Below are positions 47,601-56,600 of a DNA stretch of 64,000 nucleotides, piece by piece. Source of the DNA: Giardia intestinalis (lineage: Eukaryota); the NCBI GenBank assembly GCA_000002435.2, contig CM018789.1. One strand, 5' to 3'. The position numbers were made by a program, and so were the translations under genes. The first letter of the stretch is position 1. Each line of letters begins with the position of its first letter. The notes beneath the pieces were generated by a model. That model saw only the letters and a program-made list of their open reading frames with translations. It made no database searches and was not told where the DNA came from.

Positions 47601-50600
47601 ATTATGCCCCTGATCGAGTCTCTCCGTAACCCTGGTCTTAAGCCACATCACTGGAAAGAAGTTAGTGCTTTAAGCAAGTCTGGAGTAGCTATCCAGCCAA
47701 CAGCTAGTCTTACATTAGTTCAACTCATTGCCGACGGCTTTTTGGAGCCAAAAACTCTTGAGCGTGTGGTATACATTTCAACCTCAGCAACTAAGGAGTT
47801 CGCAATAGAAAAGAGCCTGGACAAGATGACCCAGGATTGGAAGAGCGTTAATCTGGACATGAAGTATTATGGAAAACACGAGGTTATAGAAGCGTCAAAC
47901 AGCAAAGGTGATGAGCAAAAAGTCAGAGTCTACAAGTATTACATTGTGAAGACGTTCGATGAAATTCTCCTGCTGTTAGACGAGCAGTTCTCTACCCTTC
48001 AAGGTATGCGCGCATCCGCTCATGCAGCCAAGTTTGAAGCACGACTTCTTGGGATGGAGAAGAAGCTCGTCTATCTTCAAGATATCGTGGAGGAATGGAC
48101 TCGTTTCCAGCGTCTCTGGATGTACCTGGAGCCCATATTTACATCGGATGATATTAAACGGCAGCTGCCAGAGGAGTCAGTGATGTTTGCCGATACATGC
48201 GTGTTCTGGGCTGACCAGTCTTCGGATGCATACAGATCTCCCGCTGCAATGGCCTTAGCCGGGCGCGACTATGCGGTAGAAAAATTTAGACATAATTTCA
48301 AGCAGCTAGAGATCGTTAATAAGCACTTGTCCAGCTATCTTGAGAACAAAAGAAGGTCATTTGCAAGATTCTTCTTCCTGTCAGACGAGGAGCTACTGCA
48401 AATTCTTGCGCAAACACGTGATCCAGAGGCGGTTCAGCCGCATATCTCGAAGTGCTTTGAAGGGATCAAGTCTCTCGGCTTTAGGCTTGATGCAGAAGGG
48501 AAGAAGGAGATATTTAGTATGATCTCAGCAGAAGGTGAGGAGATTACGTTCGATGGAGCTATTGTTCCGCAGGGAGACGCAGACGTGTGGCTCGGAGAGA
48601 TAGAGAAAATGATGAAGACAGTTCTCAAGCTTCTAATTAAGCAGGCTTTTAATGACTATAAGCAGAATGTCTCCGATTTTGAGTCTCTTGAAGAGCTCAA
48701 CAAGATGCAAATAGCTCTTCAAAACACGCTTCCTCCAGCCATAGACGAACCTAGGGGTAGAAAGAAAAAGGCAAAAGCAGACGCTGCAGAAGCTGCTGCA
48801 GAGGAGGCAAAGCTAGAGGAACCGCTCGTTCAAACCTACTCCGACATCATCATGGCGCCGCGCGAACAGTGGATAACTAGGTGGCCTGCACAGGTGATCA
48901 TTGTTCTTGGACAGGTTATTTGGACGCATGAAACAACCGTTGCAATCAAAAAGCAGGAAGATCTATACAAGCGCAGTTTGGAGGAGTACATGTTAAAGCT
49001 TAACTACGATATAGATAAGATTGTGCGATGGGTAGGATTTATTCCGGGAAGCACAGAAGAAAAGGTCCCCATTTCAAAGAATATCCGAGCATTGCTAGTC
49101 ATCCTTTTGACCCTACATGTCCATAATCGCGATGTTGTCGCGAAAATACAGAAGGCATTCTTTAATAAAAACGCTTCTATCGACTATAGCTTTATTTGGG
49201 AGGCAGAGCTCAAGTTTAAGTACAAGCTTTTAGAGAATGAACGAGCCCCCGCAGACGATTACGCTCTCTACACAAAACAGGTGAATGCAGAAATCCCATA
49301 TGCATACGAGTATATGGGCATTGGTACCCGGCTTACTATTACGCCTCTTACGGAGCGATGCTACCTGACCCTGACATCAGCGATTGTCAGCTTCTACGGC
49401 GGTGCTCCACAAGGTCCTGCTGGCACAGGAAAAACAGAGTCAACCAAGGATTTGGCAAAAGCCATCGGCATACAGTGTGTTGTTTTCAACTGCTCAGAAG
49501 GCCTAAACACAGCCTCCATGGGCCGCATGTTCAAAGGCTTGGCGATGTCTGGAGCTTGGAGCTGCTTCGATGAATTCAACCGCATTGATGTGGAGGTTCT
49601 TTCTGTTATCGCTCAGCAGATTTTGACGATTCAACGTGCCATTAGCATGCGACAGAGGCGCTTTATTTTCGAGGGAGCCGATATTAGCCTCAACTCCAAC
49701 TGCGCTGTGTTCATCACAATGAATCCGGGCTATGCTGGTCGTGCCGAGTTGCCAGACAATCTGAAGGCCCTGTTTCGGCCTATCTCCATGACGGTCCCAG
49801 ACTACTCCTTGATAGCCGAGGTCATGCTATTTGCATGTGGATATCGCGATGCAAGCAAGTTAGCTGTTAAGCTGTGCATGAGCCTGAAGCTCAGCTCTGA
49901 GCAGTTGTCGAAGCAGGATCACTATGACTTTGGCATGCGTGCACTGAAGAGCATACTGTCCGCTGCTTCCCTTCTTAAGCGGCTTTACTATTTAGAGCGT
50001 GAGGACAAGCTTTGTCTTCGAGCGCTCAACTCCGTCAATGTACCGAAGTTCCTCCAGCAAGATGTAGTGCTATTTGAGAACATAGTCAGCGATCTCTTTC
50101 CAGAGTGCTTTGCCGATAAAGTACGAGATAGTGGCAAGAAAAAATCACGGCTTACGAGCGCAAAACCAGAGTCCCCTCAGACCAAGGCGAAGGACGAAAC
50201 TTTGGAGAATGAGGCTTTACTAAGTAACCTTATAGAACAAGCAGGGTTACCCGAGGTCATCGATCTCCACGAAGATGAATTAGATGGTCAAGAATTCGAC
50301 ATCGGATATGTTTCAAAAGACATAGATGCAGAGGACTTGCTTCGTCTGTTTATTGGAGCTGTACTGAGAGAAAAGCACCTCCACGATTCTGTAGATTTTA
50401 TCGAGAAAACAATGCAACTTTACACAACACTATCCGTTCGTCACGGGCTGATGAATGTTGGCAGAACAATGTCAGGCAAGTCAACGATCACAGACGTTCT
50501 CTCCGTGGCCCTCGGTAATGTGCGTAAGTTCTTCACTAAATACCCGGAGTTCGCGTCCCGCTTTTCACATGAGGCATATCCACTTTTCTACCCTGTCCAG

Positions 50601-53600
50601 GTGTACAAGCTTAACGCAAAGTCGATCACTATGTCAGAGCTCTACGGAAGCTTCTCAGACGTTAGCAACGAGTGGTCTGACGGGATAGTGAGCTCCATAA
50701 TGCGTGAGTGCATCAAGGAAGAGGCTGAGTATCGTCTAAAGTGGATATTATTTGACTCTCCCGTTGACGCTCTTTGGATCGAGACCATGAACACTGTTTT
50801 AGATGACAACAAGAAGCTGTGTCTTACGTCTGGTGAGATAATTACAATGACTGCTAACATGACTATCTTCTTTGAGGTTATGGACCTAAGTCAGGCCTCA
50901 CCCGCTACCGTTAGTCGGACAGGCATGATTTACTGTGACCGCACGCTTATTCCACTTTTCAATCTCTTTGTAGCTTTAATGCATCGCTATCTTCCCCAGT
51001 GGTTCTTGGCTCTGGAGATAAACACTGCAGCTACTTGGCCGTACTTCAAAGTAGTAGAAAACCCAAATTACCAGCCAGCAGAAGGAACCCAACCTATCCC
51101 GCCCGAAGAGCTTTTGATGTTCCGTGCTATGAGCGACATCCAATTGGCTGGCAGTTCTAACCCATCGGCACGTGCTATTTTAGAAGGGTATCCCAATCCA
51201 ATCATGACTTGCAAGGAGAGGTTAGAGAATTTGTTCCGTTGGCTCTTCATTCCGCTTGCCACCACGCTAATAAAGATTCGCAAGCCGACTATCTATGCAA
51301 CCACTCATACAATGGTGCTCACACTTATCAAGATAATGGCGTCGCTTCTATCGCACTATACCGCGCCAGCTTCTGATGTCGTTCTAAATGAAGAGGAGAT
51401 AGATGAATATAAAAAGCGCCTGCCGCCACTAAAGGACCCTGGTGTGCTAATAGACGCTCTATTTGTCTTCTCTCTGACGTGGTCTGTCGGGTCCTTTGGG
51501 GACCTAGAAACGCGTGCCCTCTTTGGAAAGCTGTTCCGGCATCTTGCATATGACGTCCCGGCTGTTGCTTTGGCCAACGCAGTTTCAGCAGGTGCGACTC
51601 TTCCACCACCTAAAGATCCCGATTTAGAGCAAAAGATAATGTATGGTACAAAGCAGCCGACGATAAGTGGGTTCAAACTGGGCAAGCAGGAGCATGAGGC
51701 AATTTCTGCGAGAGCTTCATCGGTGGAACAGTTCTATCCATCACTAATGCCAGATTTCATGCAGTACGACATATATATTTGGCCAATGAGTACGCCCATC
51801 CCTTACACAGACGATGAACGTGAAGCAGACCGTCCTGGATATGTCTGTCTTCCGCATGACGTTTTCATTATTTCTAAGACTGCAAAGCAATCTTTGGTGC
51901 CCGGAGAATCCAAAGATGCAGGTGATACATCTATTACTCCTGTCGTGCTTGCGCAATCACTTGAACTGCAGTGGGTGCCATGGTGCAATAGCGTTCACTT
52001 TATCCCTACACCAGAGATTACGTGCACCACAAACTACATTGATACGGTTGTCCCCCACAACGACTTCACCAGCCTTACAGCTATTCTCAACATCCTCAGC
52101 TCCTCGGGCTTCCCTACTCTGCTAGCAGGTCCGGGCGGGTCTGGGAAGTCGACTATTGTCAAGAAGTTAGTTGACCTACGGTCAAATGACATTCTTCTTA
52201 AGTGCTGTCTTACAGCAAACACAACCTCTGGGCAGCTTCGTTCTATTGTTGATTCAAAGTTAGAAAAGCGTAGGCGAGGCGTGTACTCATTTACGCGTGG
52301 AAAAAAGGCTGTTTTCTTCGTCGATGACGCACACATGCCCGAAAAAGAAAAGTATGGAGCACGCCCTCCGCTTGAGGTCATCCGCCAGCTCTTGGAAGAC
52401 TATGGGTGGTACGACATCGAGGGAGGCTTCTTTAAGAAAATCATTAACATGACGTCGATTATTGGCTGCACCACAAACGGCGAGAATATAGACGACATAC
52501 TTCCGGAACGTCTGGTACATCACTGCTGCACCATTTCCGTTCCGGAGTCTGCTGACGAATCCTTTAAGACAATATTTACGACTCTTATAAAGCCGCTCTT
52601 TTCAGTGATTTCCAATCCTGCTTCAGGGTACATGGAACCCATCATATCTGCTTCAATTCAGTTGTACAGGAATATCTGCAAAGAATTTAGACCCACACCT
52701 GTACACCCGCACTACATTTTCTCTCCTCGAGACTTGAGTAAGGTGTTTCAAGGAATTATGTTAGCGGTTAAGAATGCAGCTGTTACGTCCCAGAACTTCA
52801 ACGCCTACTATTCTCAAGAAATTCCCATTGTATCCCTTTGGGTGCACGAGTGCACCAGAGTCTTTGCAGACAGGCTCGTGGACACCGATGATGAGAGTAA
52901 GTTCTTTACTCTACTTTCTACCGCCTGGCGCACGTGTCCTGTCACAGGAAGTCATCCCCCTGAAATTAAAACGATCATTCCGGCTGCAATGCAATCTGGT
53001 ACTGGAATAGAGGTATATTTTGGTGGCTGCCATGCTCAGGCAGACGAAATACCGTACATGCAGCTTAACATAGAAGCTCCAGAGGAGAGGGAGAAAATTG
53101 AAGCATATTACTACGATAGCCTTGAGTCATTCAATCGGTCGGTAGGTGCCGTTGGCAAAATGAAATTGGTGCTTTTCAAATATGCCCTTGTACACCTCAT
53201 ACGTATCGCCCGAGTGCTTTCGATGGATAGGGGTCATGCCCTCTTGATTGGAATGCCGTCCTCTGGAAAGCGCTCTCTAACTCGGTTGGCAGCCGCCAGT
53301 CTAGCCAACTACTATAACAGTATGGAGCAGATCACAGGCCCGAGCTATGTTTACACTAGACCATCTAGCATCAAAATCTTAGAGCCCTCTGGCAAAAGTG
53401 ACTTTATAGATTGCATCAAGGATGCAATTCGTTTTGCAGGCGTGGATGCTAATCCAACCCTTCTGATTGTTCAGGAAGCCCTTGCAGATAACTACGGACT
53501 AGAATGCATCAACTTTCTTGTTAACCTGGGAGAAATACCGAATCTCTGGGCCGCAGATGAGATTAATAACATATGTGAGGTAATGATTGCGGATTTGCAG

Positions 53601-56600
53601 AAGAATAAGAAAGAGGGAGAAGGAGGAGAGGATATAAGCAAAGCACGAGTGTTTGAAGTGATTGCTGACCGCGTTGTGCGAAATATGCACATAGTGATTG
53701 TGACGACCCCAGAGTCTCCGTCGCTTGATAGACTAGTCACCTCTTTCCCCTCTCTCATCGGTTCCCTCTCTGTCAACTGGTTCCACCCATGGGAAACGGA
53801 TACATTGCGAAATATCTCTAACTTCTATCTCTCGGAGCATGCGCAATCCAAAGCAATCACAGAGCTTCTTGTTACCATGCACAGGGATGTTGAGACTCTA
53901 ATACATCGTAGCTATCCATCTTTGTCCGCATCTCCAGCCACATTTCTGGGGATACTAAACACATTTCAATCCTTACTTACCCAGCTCACAGGAAAGCTGG
54001 ACAGCGGAAATGTACGCTATTCAAATGGCATTGCGCGTTTAGCAGAGACAGAAGAAGCTGTGGGAGCTCTGAAGGAAGAGCAGACAGCAAAGCAGCCTAT
54101 TCTAGCAGCAGCACAAAAGGAGGTCAACACAATGGCTCGAAACATAGATGCCCGAAAGATCGACGTCGGAAAGGTTAAGGAGGTGGTATCTGCTGAGGAG
54201 GCTGTTGTTAGCAAGGCTTCTGCGGAAGCTGACGCTCTTGCCGAAGACTGTGCAGAAGAGTTGCGTAAAGCAGAGCCGCTTGTTTACAGAGCGACAAAGG
54301 CGCTAAACGCACTCAAGCCATCTGATGTTAATGAAGTTCGTTCCTTAGCCACGCCTCCTAAGCTTGTGCGTTTCGTAATGGATGCAATCTGCATCGTTAA
54401 AGGGATTAAGATATCCAGCGCACCAGATGCAGACAATTGGCCTATAGCTCAGAAAATGCTCCGTGCCAACGGCTTCCTCCAATCGCTAAAAAGCTATGAC
54501 GCTGAGAAAATGCCAGATGCAATAGCGGCAACCCTGCAGAAGACATATCTTTCCTCATCAGACTTTGACCCGGTAGCTGTGCAGAAGTCTTCCATTGCTG
54601 CAGCAGGACTGTGTGAGTGGGTCCATGCCATTATAGCATATTATAATGTCATGAAGGATGTCAACCCTAAGCGGCAAAAGCTGGCTTTGGCTAATGCTGA
54701 GGCAAAGAAGCTCCAGGATGAGCTTGCTGTTAAACAAAAGCAGCTTAAAGACGCAGAAGATGAGCTTTCCGGACTGGAGGCAGAGGCAGCAAAGGCACAG
54801 AAGGAGCTACAACGTCTCTCGTCAGAGTTTGAGCTTTGTACAAATAGATTGACCCGTGCAGAGGGCCTAATTTCAGGCCTCTCGGGAGAAAAAGTACGGT
54901 GGAGCGCGGAGATAGATAAGCTAGAAAAGCAGAAAACCAACATCTTGCCAACTGCGGTCTCAGCCACCTCATTTTGCGCATGTCTCGGAGGAATAGATTT
55001 TGCTGATAGAGACTCTCTCTACAAGAAGTGGTCAGCAGAGATCTCTGCAACATTCCCGGGAGTCGAGGATTCCATTAAGAATTTCAAGCTGCATGAAACG
55101 TTAGCAGAGCAGGCCTTTATAAGTCGGTGGGTTAGTAATGGCCTTCCTCGTGATTCATTTAGCTTAACAAGCGCCTGCATCGCAATGTCTAGCAAGAAGG
55201 TGCCTTTGCTTATTGATCCGCAAAATCAGGCGCGTAAGTGGGCTGCAACTTGCTTGGGTCAGGACATGCGTCAGCAGCCATCCGTGACTTCTCAGGTCAT
55301 CCGCATAGCCGACCCCAATCTCCACAAAGTTATAGAGCAGTGTCTCCGAACAGGTACAATGCTCATTATTGAGGGCATTAGCAACAACTCGTTCATCCGT
55401 AATGATGCCCGCATTAAGGCAGCTATTGTGGCCCATAATCTTATTATGTCTCTGACATTGCAATCTGAAGAGCTTAGAGCAGTGGAAGTACGGTTTGGGG
55501 ATTCTACCATAGAAGTTCCCCCGACGTTTGGTCTCATTCTGGTCAGCATGTGCGACATCCACATCCCTCCGGACTCCTTCGGCGACTTCACAGTTGTGAC
55601 CTTCAAGGCGACAAAGGAGGCACTGGAGGACCTTCTTCTATCTGTTGCGGTGGAGTGCGAAAAACCAGAACTGGAGAATCAGCGAAAGCATCTACAAGCA
55701 GCAGCGGCAGAGGATGCGACCACGCTTTTGACTCTAGAGACACAGCTGTTGAATCTATTGTCGGAATCGCAAAACAGCGAGGAGGGCCAAACCCTTTTGG
55801 ACAATGCTGTCCTTGTTAACGCACTGAATGAGACCCAGCAGCGCGCGCTCGATATCTCTCGGCGCATGATCAAGGCAGCCAAGACATCTGCCGACATAGA
55901 TGCGGCGCGAGTGGGATACAGATCTCTGGCGAATGACGCCAGTGCCCTCTACTTTGCCTTCCAGAGACTCGTGCAACTTGACTCGATGTATGAAAACTCC
56001 CTGCAGAACTTCATAGCTCTATTCCGCAGTGTTGTTACTGCTGGAAAGAGTATTGAATCTGCAGACAGGCTCCACATCATATCCCGTAACTTTGCAGAGA
56101 AGCTCTACACGTACGTTTCTCGCGGCTTGTTTGTGCGCCACAAGCTAGCATTTGCATTTGATATATGTCTCAGCCTCCAGAGAACCAGCGGCGAGATTAG
56201 CAATGAGCAGTTCAATCTGCTATTGGGCGCCCTGGGCGGGACCATTCCAGCCAAGGAAGCTCCCTCGTCCAAGCTCCTTAGCTCTGTAACCGACGACGAG
56301 TGGACTCTCTTTTCTGCGGCATGCAGTAGTAGGGCCTTTGATGCCCTTGCACTGGATGCGGATAGCATCGAAAGGTACTCCAAGCTTCTTGGGTCTTCCC
56401 CGTCCTCCACCTCCACTACCGTTGTAGATCGCACTTCGGACTTAAGACAGACGGACCCGTTGGCATATGTCATCTTCTGTGCATGCCTGGACCGAAAGAA
56501 TCTTCTTGAAGCCGTCAAGGCGTACATTCGCGCTGCCCTGGGACCAGAGTTCGTCAATACTGAAGCGGCGAACATCGTAGACATCTGTGCAGAGGCTACG